A stretch of DNA of 36,273 bases from a virus (lineage: Duplodnaviria > Caudoviricetes), in IMG/VR virus record IMGVR_UViG_3300030392_000144, positions 1 to 36,273 of that record. The stretch is one strand, 5' to 3'. The notes beneath the pieces are model-generated. The model ran no database searches, was not told the origin of the DNA, and saw only the letters and a list, made by a program, of their open reading frames with translations. Every line of letters begins with the position of its first letter. The first letter of the stretch is position 1. The translations under genes were made by a program, and so were the position numbers. Shown piece by piece: positions 8,197 to 18,445 of this stretch.

Positions 8197-8476
8197 TGGC
8201 TCTGTTATGGGAGCGATTATGACTAGGTCATATAAAGTTATTGTGCCTAAAAAAAAGGAACAAAGAAACTTCTGTTCAAGTGACAGTAGAGCAACAGATA
8301 AAATGACATTTATATGTCCTAAGTGTAATAGAGGATGGGAGTTTTTAATTACAGCTACAGGAAGTAATAGGCCAAAACATAAAATTACTTTGTACTCAAA
8401 AAATATTACAAAGTTTAGAAAAAAACGTAAAATATGTTTTAATTGTGTTAAGGAGAGTACACAATCGAATAATTAA
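8171..8476 (+). CDS. Hypothetical Zn-finger-like protein, last gene of the + strand arm
   Basis: CPKC...CFNC; basic. Confidence 0.6.
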   Translation: MSNYTPKDDGSVMGAIMTRSYKVIVPKKKEQRNFCSSDSRATDKMTFICPKCNRGWEFLITATGSNRPKHKITLYSKNITKFRKKRKICFNCVKESTQSNN

Positions 8477-8507
8477 TAAAAGCTCCGTATTCAGGAGATT
8501 AGACCCC

Positions 8508-9347
8508 TTATTTTAGATTCCGTTGAATCCATAGAGTAGTTAAGTAATCTTTAGTTGCCTTATCAGAACCACCTTTATCCATTAATTTACCAAGTGGTGT
8601 TTGAGATGTTTGTTGCAATACTTCATGCACTTTTTTCTCATGGGCAGCTACTTTAGATAAGTTTTTTTGAAATGAGGGCCAATGTTTACTACCTTTTAAT
8701 AATTTTAAAGCTCCCCCGACTGGCATCATACCTTCAACAAATTCTCTCGCAGGGTCGTAAGGTTCTGGAGCAACTCTCATACTGTGCTGAGGCTGTTGCT
8801 CTAACTCATTCTCAAACATAAGTCTATCCATTTGGCTATGGGCTGTTTCATCTTGCATTGCTGGGTTCATGTATGCTAATAATGGTGTTCTTTCGATAGA
8901 ACCACCTTCTTGAAAATTACGTCCTTTCATAGATGGTCGTAATTCAATATATAAATCACGAAGTTCTTTCATTCTTCTCTTAGCTTTTGTCATTTCATCG
9001 TGAGTAGAATAACCCATAAATCCCTTACTATCAATAAACTTTTTTATTTCTTTAATTTCTTTTTTATATGAATCTACAAGTTTACTTTCAGCTATTCTTT
9101 TTTTTAAAACTCTATTAGGAATATATTTACCACCAATCATATTTCCTATAATTTTAGCTCCTTTTCCAATTGGCAAAGCATCTTCTGGATGGAGTCTTCT
9201 AGGTACTGACATACTATGTTGAGGTTGTTGAGCTAATCCAGATAAGGGGTCATTATCCATTTCATTTTCTAATAATAATCTATCCATTTGACTATGTGCT
9301 GTATTATCAGATACCGCTGATTGTAAGTAATCTATTATTCTTGGCAT
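8508..9347 (-). CDS. Two-module putative injected protein, last gene of the late operon
   Basis: Internal repeat TAHSQMDRL..ENE..QQPQHSM at aa 16-46 and 168-190, separated by FQEGG; TAATG-coupled to the giant gene. Confidence 0.75.
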   Translation of the reverse strand: MPRIIDYLQSAVSDNTAHSQMDRLLLENEMDNDPLSGLAQQPQHSMSVPRRLHPEDALPIGKGAKIIGNMIGGKYIPNRVLKKRIAESKLVDSYKKEIKEIKKFIDSKGFMGYSTHDEMTKAKRRMKELRDLYIELRPSMKGRNFQEGGSIERTPLLAYMNPAMQDETAHSQMDRLMFENELEQQPQHSMRVAPEPYDPAREFVEGMMPVGGALKLLKGSKHWPSFQKNLSKVAAHEKKVHEVLQQTSQTPLGKLMDKGGSDKATKDYLTTLWIQRNLK

Positions 9348-12300
9348 TAGTAACTCTCCGTATCGTATAAATTTTTATATTGTTGTACTGATTGCATTAA
9401 ATCTTGTCTTCGTTGAACCCATAATGAATCTAATCCATCCTCTTGAGCTTTTTCTTCATCACTTAATCTAGAGTAGTATTCATTATACTTTGAATTTTTT
9501 GTTCTACCCGGAGTTTTTTTCCAGCTAGTAGGTATAGGTCTCATTCTAGTTACAACTCTTTTTAATCTATCTCTTGCTTCTTTTTTTGCTTTTGGTGCAG
9601 AGTATCCTTGTTCAGCCATTATAGTATGAGTTAAGTAATGTAAAGCTGCGTAGTATGTTTTAGCCCTCTGTTGTTTATCTTCAATCCAAAATGAATCTCT
9701 AAGAGCTCTATAGTAAGCTGTCTTACTTGTAGTACCATCATCATAATCTAAATTATGTTTTTCTTTAGGATAAAAAGCATCAAGAAATTGAGTCTGTCTT
9801 CTTCTTGAATCTTTAAATTGTTTTTGAGTATCACCAGTTAAATTTTTCCAAAGTCTTTCATATACATTATAAGCAGCGACTATCTCAGTCATACCATCTT
9901 TTAATTCTTTTCCTGCAAACCCAACCTCTCCTCTTAATCCTTCTGATGTCATATTAACTAGCATATCAATAAATGTTTTAGTATTTCTAAATACTACAGG
10001 TTGATAAGATTCAACAACTGGGCCATATTCATTAAAAGCATTGCTAAATAATCCTAGTCCTTCAGCTTTTAAAAAGTAATCCAACATATGATTAGGTGTT
10101 GTTTTAAATTGATTTGTTCTCTCTTCTCCTAAAACCCAATCATAAAATGTATATAAGGCAAACCCAGTACCCATAACTGATGTCATATATTTCATAGCTG
10201 GTATCATATTACCATCTACTACTATAGGTTTTATAACATTGTTTTGAGTAGTCTCTGTCATTCTATAGGCCACTCGATAGAAAAGAGTTAATGGTTTAGC
10301 TGCAGATTTACCCATCCAATAAGGTACATATGGTATATCACCTGAACCCTGAGTAACTAATTGACTTCTGTATCTAGCTTTCTGTTGTTCTGATGCTGTA
10401 AATTGCATTACTTCACCTTTACTAGCGGCTTCTTTTTGTCGTGTAACCATTCTATTTATTTCTTCTGGACTATACTTAAATACATCCATCAATCTTCTTC
10501 TACTAGCAGATACACTTCCTGTATTAGTTGGGTTTTTAATACCTGCCATATTTTGAATATCATTTTTTAATCCAAACATACCTAAAGATGAAGAAAATAC
10601 CCTATTAAATGCTTCTGTAGTTTGCATACCACCTGCATTTTCTGCTATTTTTCTTAACCATCCAGCTCCTCTAAAAGGTTGTTTAGCTAAAAATAAATCA
10701 TAACTTCCAATGTGTGTAAATCCACTAGCTTGTGCAATGTTCTTTTCACTACGATACATATCCTTACTTAATAAATGTCTCATGTTTTGCATAAGTTCTT
10801 TAGTAGTATATACTGACCAGTTTTGAACTCCAGTACCTAACATAAGATTTTTTATAGAACTAAGAGGAGAAGATAATCCAGTAAGAGCTGATACTCTAGC
10901 TATGGGTCTAAAAATTGTATCAAATCTTGTTCTACTTTCTCCGTATAATTGATTCATTAATACTTTTTCAGCAAATTGTCCATACCTTTTATCACCAGTT
11001 ACTTTAGTTAAATCATTTACTAAACCACTCCATAGTATATTTGGAGTATGTTCAGTTCCATAAGTATGAGCAGTTGCAGTTGAATGAGAAACTCCATCAG
11101 CATATTTTTTTAATACTTTATTATAATCTGTTTCATATACTGGAACTACCTCTTCAATAATTGCTTCTCTATTTCTACTATCAGTTATTTTTTCACCTTT
11201 TTTGTATAACTCTCCATTAGCTTTTGTTACATTTTTATTATTGTTGGGAAGTTGTATAACTTCCATGTTATCTTTATCCCAAGAGAATTTACCTTCTCTC
11301 ATTTTTAAATAATAATGAGTTGGTAGTTCAGCTACTCTACCCCATTGTTTTCCATAAACACCTTGAGGGTCTTTCATGCTCATTATTTCAACAAATTGTT
11401 GACGAGCAATTTCTTCTTTTCTAGATTCTGTTACTGGTAAATCTTTTAATTCTTTTTTTAGATTATTAATAGCTATTTCAATTTTATTATTACCTACCCC
11501 AGCTATTTCCATAAACCTATCTGAAATTTGTCTAGGAGAATAATTAGGTTGATAGAATGAAGAGTGTTTTTTAACCTCAACAGGTATTGGATTTCCCTTA
11601 TTGTCTAACTTATTACTTAATACAGTTTTAATACTCTTATCTTTAATAAACGCAAGGAATGAATCAACTTGATTCATATGTAATTCTGGGTTTACACTTA
11701 TTTTTTCTAACTTTATTCGCTTCCCATTCTTATCTAGTAATTCAATAAATCTTTTGTTGTTAGTTTCGCCAGTTTTTGGATTCATAGTTCTAACCCAAGA
11801 GTTAGAGCTTATTAAAGCTTTTGACATATCATCAAAAAATCTTCGGTATGAGTTTTCAATAAACTGTCTTAGGTTTACTGCTGGTGTCGTAAATGTTTTA
11901 GGAGACACCTCTATTGATTCAAGTTTCTCTATAGTCTCCTTAAATTTTTTACTTTGTCTTTGAGGAGCATATTTTTCATCAAGTAATATTTGAGCATATT
12001 CATTTACTTTAGATAAGTTTAATTCTTTATCATATTTTTTTAAATTTTGATTCATAAATTTTTCAAATCTAACTACATCACCCATTACACCAGTACGCCA
12101 CATAGAAAATCGTTCTAGTTTTCTAGCTATTTTTTGACCAACATAACCAAGTGGTTCAAAATAAGCTGAGGTAGATAAAGCGTATTCCCTTACAACATTT
12201 GGCCATAATTTAACACCTGCTATTTCATTTTGTACTTGTGAGTAATTATCTGGATGAACTGTTAAAACATTAACGTCATGAATAAGTTTTGATTCTTTAC

Positions 12301-15300
12301 CATTAATAAGTCTTTCTACTCTAGACAATTCTTTTGTTGTTAATTTACCTAAATAAGTATCAATGCCAGCTCTTCCAGCAGCGGAAGCTGGATATAAAGA
12401 TTTAATTAATTGAATCTTATCTTGAGCTGTATATCCTTGTTGGTTTAAAGAATTTTTAACTTGTCTTTTTTTATCCTCAAACATTCTAAAATCTTCGCTA
12501 GTTTTGTACTGGTCTCGTTGTCTTTTTAAATTTCCTATTTTATTATCAAATATCTTAGGAGATTCAGTAAGACTTTGCCAATCTCTTTCAACTGCTCTAC
12601 GAGCTTCAAAAGTATCCTCAAATATATATTCATTTTCTCTTAACCCAAACCTAGATGGCTCTACTGGTTTTGGTTGTTTTGTAGAACCACGCTCTCTAGA
12701 TAATAACTCTGGTTTAAAGAAGAATGGAGATGTCTCTCCTTCAGTTAATGACTTGCTATCAGAAAAACGTGAAATATATTCATTAGAACCTGACTTGTTC
12801 AATTCAATTAGTTCTGGATTACTTTCTATTTTACTTAAATTAATTTCTTGAAATTGACCTTCTCTAATTTTTTGCTCTTTAGTTATTAATCTTTCGTAAT
12901 CGCCTGTTAATTTAGTTACATATTCAAAAAAATGTTCTTCAGGTTTTGGTAATGTAGCAGTTCTAGGTTGGGTAAAGTTTTGTTCAATACCTATCGTTCT
13001 AGTATATTTATTATTGGCTACAGCTCTGGTATCCTCTGAAAGTTCTTTTTCTCTAAACCAATTCCATTTTCTTTCAATCCAGCTTACATCTTCTTTTTTC
13101 CAAGCCCTCATAATAAATCTTGATTCTTTAATTCTTGAGTCTGGTGGTAAATCTTTTATTCTTTTCCATGTTATTAATTCGTCTGGAGTTAATGATTCAA
13201 GTATAAACTTAGGAACTAATAAAAGCCTTGCTCCACGAGCTGTTACATTAGGAGCGCTTTTTTTATTAGTTACAGGATTAGTAAATGTTCCATCAGAATT
13301 TCTTTTTAATCCATTTTTAGATAGTATATCTTCAAACATAAGTGCTTCTTGTACTCGTTCCATTTCTCTAGCTTGCAATTCATTTCTTTGTCTTTCTAAA
13401 GATTTTTTATTTACTGCTGGATATTTTCCAAATCTATCATAATACACACTTTCTGGACTTTGGTATGCTAATTTTTTAGATGGTACATTTACAGTTATTT
13501 CTCTTTGACCAGAGTTAGCATATATTTCATACAACTGACCTAAATTTATTTTTTTACCTGCATTTTCAGGACTAATACCTAATGAAGTAAGTAATGCAAT
13601 ATCATTTGGAATTTCTATTAAACTTTCAGGCTTTGAAGACGAAACTTTTTCAATACTTACCTTTCCTTTTCCTTTCTTACTAGGAGTAGCCACGGATACA
13701 TATTTTAAATTACCATAATTTTTACTTACAAATTGACCATGTAAATCTGTGGTTAAACCACCACCTGTAGTAGCTCCTAACATACTTTTACTTCCCGGTA
13801 AAGAAAATAACTCAGCTTGTTTATCATTTTTAACTAAAGTTGATACATAAGATTCCCAATCATTAAATAGATTTAATTTTTTATCTCCAATTTGTTTTAC
13901 TCTACTTGAACCATCCATTCTAATATCAAGCTCTACTACTTTATTAAAATCAACAGAATTTTTATCTAACATTACAGTCTTAACTCTTATAATGTTTCCA
14001 TCTTGATTATCAATACCTACGTACTCAATACCTCTCAATGGATTATTTTTATCTCTTTTACCTATATCTATTATATCAGCGTACTGAACTTTAGAATTAT
14101 CCCAAGATTTTTCATTACCTCTTTTAGCATCAGATAATCTTGGAATTATTATTCTTTCTCCGGGTTGATATACGTCTTGACCAATAGGTTGTCTGTCTTT
14201 ATCTCGTAGAGTTAAACCCCTATGAGCAATATTAAAAGCTTCTGGACTTGCTCCCCCTTCATCTCTACCAGACGCTATTCTTTGTATATGGTATTGTAAA
14301 TCACGTTGATTTTTTATACCTTTAATCATACCTATGTCATTTCTATGCTTTTGCATCTCGGATGGAGTTGGTGGAATATATTCTATTACTTGTTTTCCAA
14401 TTTGAGATGATGAACCGGGTAGACGCTCCATAAATCCTTTTTTACCTAATTGTATATTAAATAATATATCACCTCTTTCCATTGGGCTCATCCAATTAAG
14501 AATTTCTGGCCATTTGGTTAATGATTTAAAATCAGAGGGCTGTAAAGATTCTATTATCTCACCTTCTCTTTTATTTAAAGCTTCTCTATCTTTTGTATAA
14601 TTTAAAATCCTCTTTCTTCCGCTTTGAACAATATCAGATGGTATTTTTTTAATATCAAATGTTCTTTCATGGGTTTTTAAATCTTCCATGTCTTTTATTT
14701 GATTAACTAAAGATTCATACTTACTCTGCATCTCTGGTTCTCTACGTAAAATATCTTCTCCTCTAACCTCATCTATCATTTTGTTTCTGAAGTCTATATC
14801 TTTGACATCTCTTTTATCATTCTTTAATGCTGGGTCGTTGTAATCAAATCTATCATATCTTTTTTGTAGTTTTTCCCTAGCCTCTTTTAATGTCTTCCCT
14901 GAAAATGTTAATGTTGAACCATCACTATGTTTCTGTATAGTAATAGATGGTTTTTGAACATCAGATTTAGGTGTTGTTTCAATAAGACTAGCCCAATCAT
15001 CTTTATCTTTTTTATTTCTATATCTAAATCCTTCATTTTCTCTTGTTTTTTTCAATTGAGCGTCTATATTTTTGTTTTGATATATCATTACATTAGCTTC
15101 TCGTGGAGAAAAGTTCATTTCTAATAAACCATTATACATTTTATCTTTAATATATCTATTACTCATTCCTTGTTGTACATAATGAAAACCAGTAAGAGTT
15201 AATGCGTGTAGTAATCTTTCTTCGGCTGGCATATTTGGGTCGCCATCTCCAGTTAAATAATCACTATATGCCCCTAGTCCCATTAAAGCTAATGGTTCTA

Positions 15301-16231
15301 TTTTACCAGCTTGTTTCATTCCTAACATAGTAGGTAAACCTGCCGCTGTAAAAAGACCACCCATCCATGCATCTTTAGGTATACCCGAAAGTCTATCAGC
15401 CATTTCTAATTCACCTAATGGGCCTTCACCTCTTTTTCTTAATACTCCAGTTAATGCAAATGAAGTTGCACTATTTGCAAATCTATTTAATGCATTAGCA
15501 TATTCAAATCCAAATTTTTCAGCAATAAATTTAACAGATTTTTGATAAGATTTACTTTTACCTAGTTTACCAGAACCCGATGTAAATAAAGGTGTCTTTA
15601 ATACACTTCTTATTTTTTTACCACTAACACCAGATTTAGTTATTTCATCTACGTAATCTTTTTTTATAAATGATAATTCTTTTTCGTATTCCATTTTTTT
15701 TAATTTTATCGCATCATACGATTCAAGTTTTTTTCCCTTAAGTTTCTTAACATCACCAAATTTTTTAAGTGTTTTTGTGTTTTTTCCAATTTTACTTATT
15801 AAAGTATAAGCCCTAGCCATTTGAGCTTTAGCAGCTACGGGAGCACCAAATCCACCAGTAGCAGTACTAGCTAATGTTAAGGGTAAAAGACCACCAGCAA
15901 GTTCACCTATAAGCATACCGCTCATTTCACCCATTGTCATGTCTTCTCGAGGTTCTTCATCAGCAAGATAACCAAGAGAAGCCCCAGACTTTAATCCTTC
16001 CCACAAAGCACCACCAAATCCTACAGGGTCTTTTACACTTAACTCTCCTATTTCTCCCTGATTGGGGGTAACACCTTGTTGTTGTAAGTTTATCTGACGT
16101 AAATAGTCAGCGTAGGGGTCTGATACTATTGGTTCTTGTTTTTTACTTAATTCAATAAATTTAGAATAAGGGTCTTTAGATATATTTTCCTTATTTATTG
16201 CTTTAAGATATTCTGTATACGGGTCGGCCAT
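9347..16231 (-). CDS. Giant internal virion / DNA ejection protein (2294 aa)
   Basis: Size and position after the nozzle and smaller ejection genes; three N-terminal DPY repeats; Gly/Ala hydrophobic segments. No enzyme motif recognised. Confidence 0.7.
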   Translation of the reverse strand: MADPYTEYLKAINKENISKDPYSKFIELSKKQEPIVSDPYADYLRQINLQQQGVTPNQGEIGELSVKDPVGFGGALWEGLKSGASLGYLADEEPREDMTMGEMSGMLIGELAGGLLPLTLASTATGGFGAPVAAKAQMARAYTLISKIGKNTKTLKKFGDVKKLKGKKLESYDAIKLKKMEYEKELSFIKKDYVDEITKSGVSGKKIRSVLKTPLFTSGSGKLGKSKSYQKSVKFIAEKFGFEYANALNRFANSATSFALTGVLRKRGEGPLGELEMADRLSGIPKDAWMGGLFTAAGLPTMLGMKQAGKIEPLALMGLGAYSDYLTGDGDPNMPAEERLLHALTLTGFHYVQQGMSNRYIKDKMYNGLLEMNFSPREANVMIYQNKNIDAQLKKTRENEGFRYRNKKDKDDWASLIETTPKSDVQKPSITIQKHSDGSTLTFSGKTLKEAREKLQKRYDRFDYNDPALKNDKRDVKDIDFRNKMIDEVRGEDILRREPEMQSKYESLVNQIKDMEDLKTHERTFDIKKIPSDIVQSGRKRILNYTKDREALNKREGEIIESLQPSDFKSLTKWPEILNWMSPMERGDILFNIQLGKKGFMERLPGSSSQIGKQVIEYIPPTPSEMQKHRNDIGMIKGIKNQRDLQYHIQRIASGRDEGGASPEAFNIAHRGLTLRDKDRQPIGQDVYQPGERIIIPRLSDAKRGNEKSWDNSKVQYADIIDIGKRDKNNPLRGIEYVGIDNQDGNIIRVKTVMLDKNSVDFNKVVELDIRMDGSSRVKQIGDKKLNLFNDWESYVSTLVKNDKQAELFSLPGSKSMLGATTGGGLTTDLHGQFVSKNYGNLKYVSVATPSKKGKGKVSIEKVSSSKPESLIEIPNDIALLTSLGISPENAGKKINLGQLYEIYANSGQREITVNVPSKKLAYQSPESVYYDRFGKYPAVNKKSLERQRNELQAREMERVQEALMFEDILSKNGLKRNSDGTFTNPVTNKKSAPNVTARGARLLLVPKFILESLTPDELITWKRIKDLPPDSRIKESRFIMRAWKKEDVSWIERKWNWFREKELSEDTRAVANNKYTRTIGIEQNFTQPRTATLPKPEEHFFEYVTKLTGDYERLITKEQKIREGQFQEINLSKIESNPELIELNKSGSNEYISRFSDSKSLTEGETSPFFFKPELLSRERGSTKQPKPVEPSRFGLRENEYIFEDTFEARRAVERDWQSLTESPKIFDNKIGNLKRQRDQYKTSEDFRMFEDKKRQVKNSLNQQGYTAQDKIQLIKSLYPASAAGRAGIDTYLGKLTTKELSRVERLINGKESKLIHDVNVLTVHPDNYSQVQNEIAGVKLWPNVVREYALSTSAYFEPLGYVGQKIARKLERFSMWRTGVMGDVVRFEKFMNQNLKKYDKELNLSKVNEYAQILLDEKYAPQRQSKKFKETIEKLESIEVSPKTFTTPAVNLRQFIENSYRRFFDDMSKALISSNSWVRTMNPKTGETNNKRFIELLDKNGKRIKLEKISVNPELHMNQVDSFLAFIKDKSIKTVLSNKLDNKGNPIPVEVKKHSSFYQPNYSPRQISDRFMEIAGVGNNKIEIAINNLKKELKDLPVTESRKEEIARQQFVEIMSMKDPQGVYGKQWGRVAELPTHYYLKMREGKFSWDKDNMEVIQLPNNNKNVTKANGELYKKGEKITDSRNREAIIEEVVPVYETDYNKVLKKYADGVSHSTATAHTYGTEHTPNILWSGLVNDLTKVTGDKRYGQFAEKVLMNQLYGESRTRFDTIFRPIARVSALTGLSSPLSSIKNLMLGTGVQNWSVYTTKELMQNMRHLLSKDMYRSEKNIAQASGFTHIGSYDLFLAKQPFRGAGWLRKIAENAGGMQTTEAFNRVFSSSLGMFGLKNDIQNMAGIKNPTNTGSVSASRRRLMDVFKYSPEEINRMVTRQKEAASKGEVMQFTASEQQKARYRSQLVTQGSGDIPYVPYWMGKSAAKPLTLFYRVAYRMTETTQNNVIKPIVVDGNMIPAMKYMTSVMGTGFALYTFYDWVLGEERTNQFKTTPNHMLDYFLKAEGLGLFSNAFNEYGPVVESYQPVVFRNTKTFIDMLVNMTSEGLRGEVGFAGKELKDGMTEIVAAYNVYERLWKNLTGDTQKQFKDSRRRQTQFLDAFYPKEKHNLDYDDGTTSKTAYYRALRDSFWIEDKQQRAKTYYAALHYLTHTIMAEQGYSAPKAKKEARDRLKRVVTRMRPIPTSWKKTPGRTKNSKYNEYYSRLSDEEKAQEDGLDSLWVQRRQDLMQSVQQYKNLYDTESY

Positions 16232-16249
16232 TATTAAAAATTAATTATT

Positions 16250-17587
16250 TTAAAATCCTTGTCCACCAAACATAATTTCTTCTTCTAATTTTCTTTGAGC
16301 TTCTTCTTTACTCATTTCTCTTGAAACTTTTTTAGATTTTTTTATAGATTCTCTTCTACGTTCTGATAATAATTGATTTATAGCTTTTTCTCTAATTTCT
16401 TTTTTATCATCTTCCTTCATCATAGCTAATCTTGCTTCAGTAGTAAATCCTCTTTTATTATATAATTTTTGTATTCTATTATTAATTTCTTCTTCTTTAA
16501 GACTTTCAACGCCTTCGTATTCTGGGTCTGATAGACTTCCAGAGTAACCAGCTACTTGAGGAGTTAAGTCGTAATTAGTTTTATTGATTTCATCTATAAT
16601 TTTTTTACCAATAATTATAGGGTCAGATTCATATTCATCTTTATATTTTGAAGCAACAGCATTAAATATTTTTTGTTTTCTTTCTTCAGGTAATTCATCA
16701 AAACTTCCTACTAAATCTTCGTCAAAACCCTTTAATGATAAAGATTTAGTTTCTTTAGTTTCTTCATCTTCAATACCTTTACCACTAATTTTTTCAAGTA
16801 ATAAAGTCCCCATTGTAAAAGCTCTTTGAGTAGCTGGAGTTTGAAGTTCATCACTACCTATTTCAATAAGTTTCTGAGCAAGTTTTCTTTGAGAATCAAT
16901 ATCATCAGATTTTTGAGTAATAGTAACCATAACAGCTTCAAGTTGTCTGTCTGATAAATCACCCATATTACTTAACAATCCTTTTACACCCGGTTCAATA
17001 AGATTGGCAAATTGTCCTGACAATATATCAAATACTTGTTTATTTTCAATTTGACTTCGAGTTTCTTTCAGTTCTGATGTGACTCTAGCGGCTTCGTCAT
17101 TTTTGTTATTAGCTATTAAATTAGATGCAAGAGCAGCTCCTACCCTATGTTTGTATTCAGCGTCTCCAGTATGAAAATCTTGCATTTGTGTATTAAGAGT
17201 TGCGTCTACTGCTTCTGAATTTTGTAAAGCTTCAAGACCTGCTCCTGTAAGTCCCGATATATTGTTATTTAATCCATTTTTATATATAAGAGATTTTTGA
17301 GTAGGCTTTGCTCGTTCAAACATATATTGCCATTCTTCTCTGTCTTTTTCTTGTTTTGCTAATTTTTGTTGTTCGTTATATCTCTTTCTTTCTGTGAAAG
17401 TCTGTTCATTATATCTCTGTTCTTCTTTTATTCTTTCTCGATTAGCTATTGATTGCTGTTGATTATATCTTTCATCTTGTTTATTCATCTCTTCAGCTTG
17501 AATAAGTCTATCATAATTCTCACCAAAACTATTTAAAGCTGATGTCCAGAAATCTGGAGTTTCCTGTATTTTATCAAATCTACCCAT
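16250..17587 (-). CDS. Putative ejection protein, coiled-coil rich
   Basis: Three (E/Q/K)RYN(Q/E)Q repeats; position in the ejection cluster. Confidence 0.55.
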   Translation of the reverse strand: MGRFDKIQETPDFWTSALNSFGENYDRLIQAEEMNKQDERYNQQQSIANRERIKEEQRYNEQTFTERKRYNEQQKLAKQEKDREEWQYMFERAKPTQKSLIYKNGLNNNISGLTGAGLEALQNSEAVDATLNTQMQDFHTGDAEYKHRVGAALASNLIANNKNDEAARVTSELKETRSQIENKQVFDILSGQFANLIEPGVKGLLSNMGDLSDRQLEAVMVTITQKSDDIDSQRKLAQKLIEIGSDELQTPATQRAFTMGTLLLEKISGKGIEDEETKETKSLSLKGFDEDLVGSFDELPEERKQKIFNAVASKYKDEYESDPIIIGKKIIDEINKTNYDLTPQVAGYSGSLSDPEYEGVESLKEEEINNRIQKLYNKRGFTTEARLAMMKEDDKKEIREKAINQLLSERRRESIKKSKKVSREMSKEEAQRKLEEEIMFGGQGF

Positions 17588-17605
17588 TACTTACCTTTAT
17601 TATTT

Positions 17606-18445
17606 TTATTGAATTTCATATTGTCCATTTTCATCAGACCATACATAAAAATCACCATTAAAATATACTGTACCTTGATTAGTTGTTGGTAATGACGCAA
17701 CTGGTGTGAAGTCTGTACCGGGTAAATTCATTCCTTGTGAATAATCTTCACCGAGGTCTACACTTGTGTCTAATGATTCAGGAGTATAACCTCGAGTTCC
17801 TTGTTCACTTTCAAGTCGACCTAACCCTGCGGCTACACTAGCTGCCCAGTCTTCTCTTTCACCTCTAACTCCTTTAAATAAGGATGATTTAGCTGCCCCT
17901 TCTTTTTGTAAAAAGTCATCCATGATACTACCTCTAGATTGTTCCATAGATTTTTGTACTCCACCAGAACCAGCAAATCCTGCTTTTGCTTGATATTCAC
18001 TCGCCGCTTGACCAGCTCCTAATAAATTTTGTCGAGCACCTGTAGTAGCCCCTTGCATACTTCTTGCATAGTCTTCAAAAATTACACCTTCTCTCGCTGG
18101 GTCATATTTAAATTGTCTTTCAAATTTAGCTTTTTGTGGACTAGTTGGTTCTATGCCCAGTTTTTTATATATATCATCAAGAGTTTGAGTATTAGATACA
18201 TCTCCACCATAACTTAATGTACTACCACCAGACTGCATACCCATCATATCCCCAAGCATACCACCCATTTGAAAATTAGAACGCTGAGACATATCAAATC
18301 TTGGAGAGTCTTCAAAGTTTATTTCATCTAATTTTTCTTCACCTATGTCATCAACAGCGTTACGATTTAATACGTACTCTCCGGGTTCTAGTAATGCTAA
18401 TATACTATCTCCGGGCCCTCTACTATATTTAGAATACTCAGCCAT
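17606..18445 (-). CDS. Putative ejection protein with GPG-DS..L..GEYV domain
   Basis: GPGDSILALLEPGEYVLNRNAV resembles a motif of tape-measure and virion proteins; contains FQMGG and MQSGG. Confidence 0.6.
   Translation of the reverse strand: MAEYSKYSRGPGDSILALLEPGEYVLNRNAVDDIGEEKLDEINFEDSPRFDMSQRSNFQMGGMLGDMMGMQSGGSTLSYGGDVSNTQTLDDIYKKLGIEPTSPQKAKFERQFKYDPAREGVIFEDYARSMQGATTGARQNLLGAGQAASEYQAKAGFAGSGGVQKSMEQSRGSIMDDFLQKEGAAKSSLFKGVRGEREDWAASVAAGLGRLESEQGTRGYTPESLDTSVDLGEDYSQGMNLPGTDFTPVASLPTTNQGTVYFNGDFYVWSDENGQYEIQ

Noticed and set aside
8477-8507. Bidirectional terminator between the converging arms
   Set aside because: Only a 4-bp CTCC/GGAG stem without U-tracts; too weak to call.
11754-15124. 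+ strand ORFs inside the giant gene, and similar antisense ORFs at 16584, 18029, 18345, 18866, 19023, 22606, 25337, 26550-28199, 29426, 31779, 35446
   Set aside because: Antisense shadows of strong coding frames, with skewed composition and no recognisable motifs.
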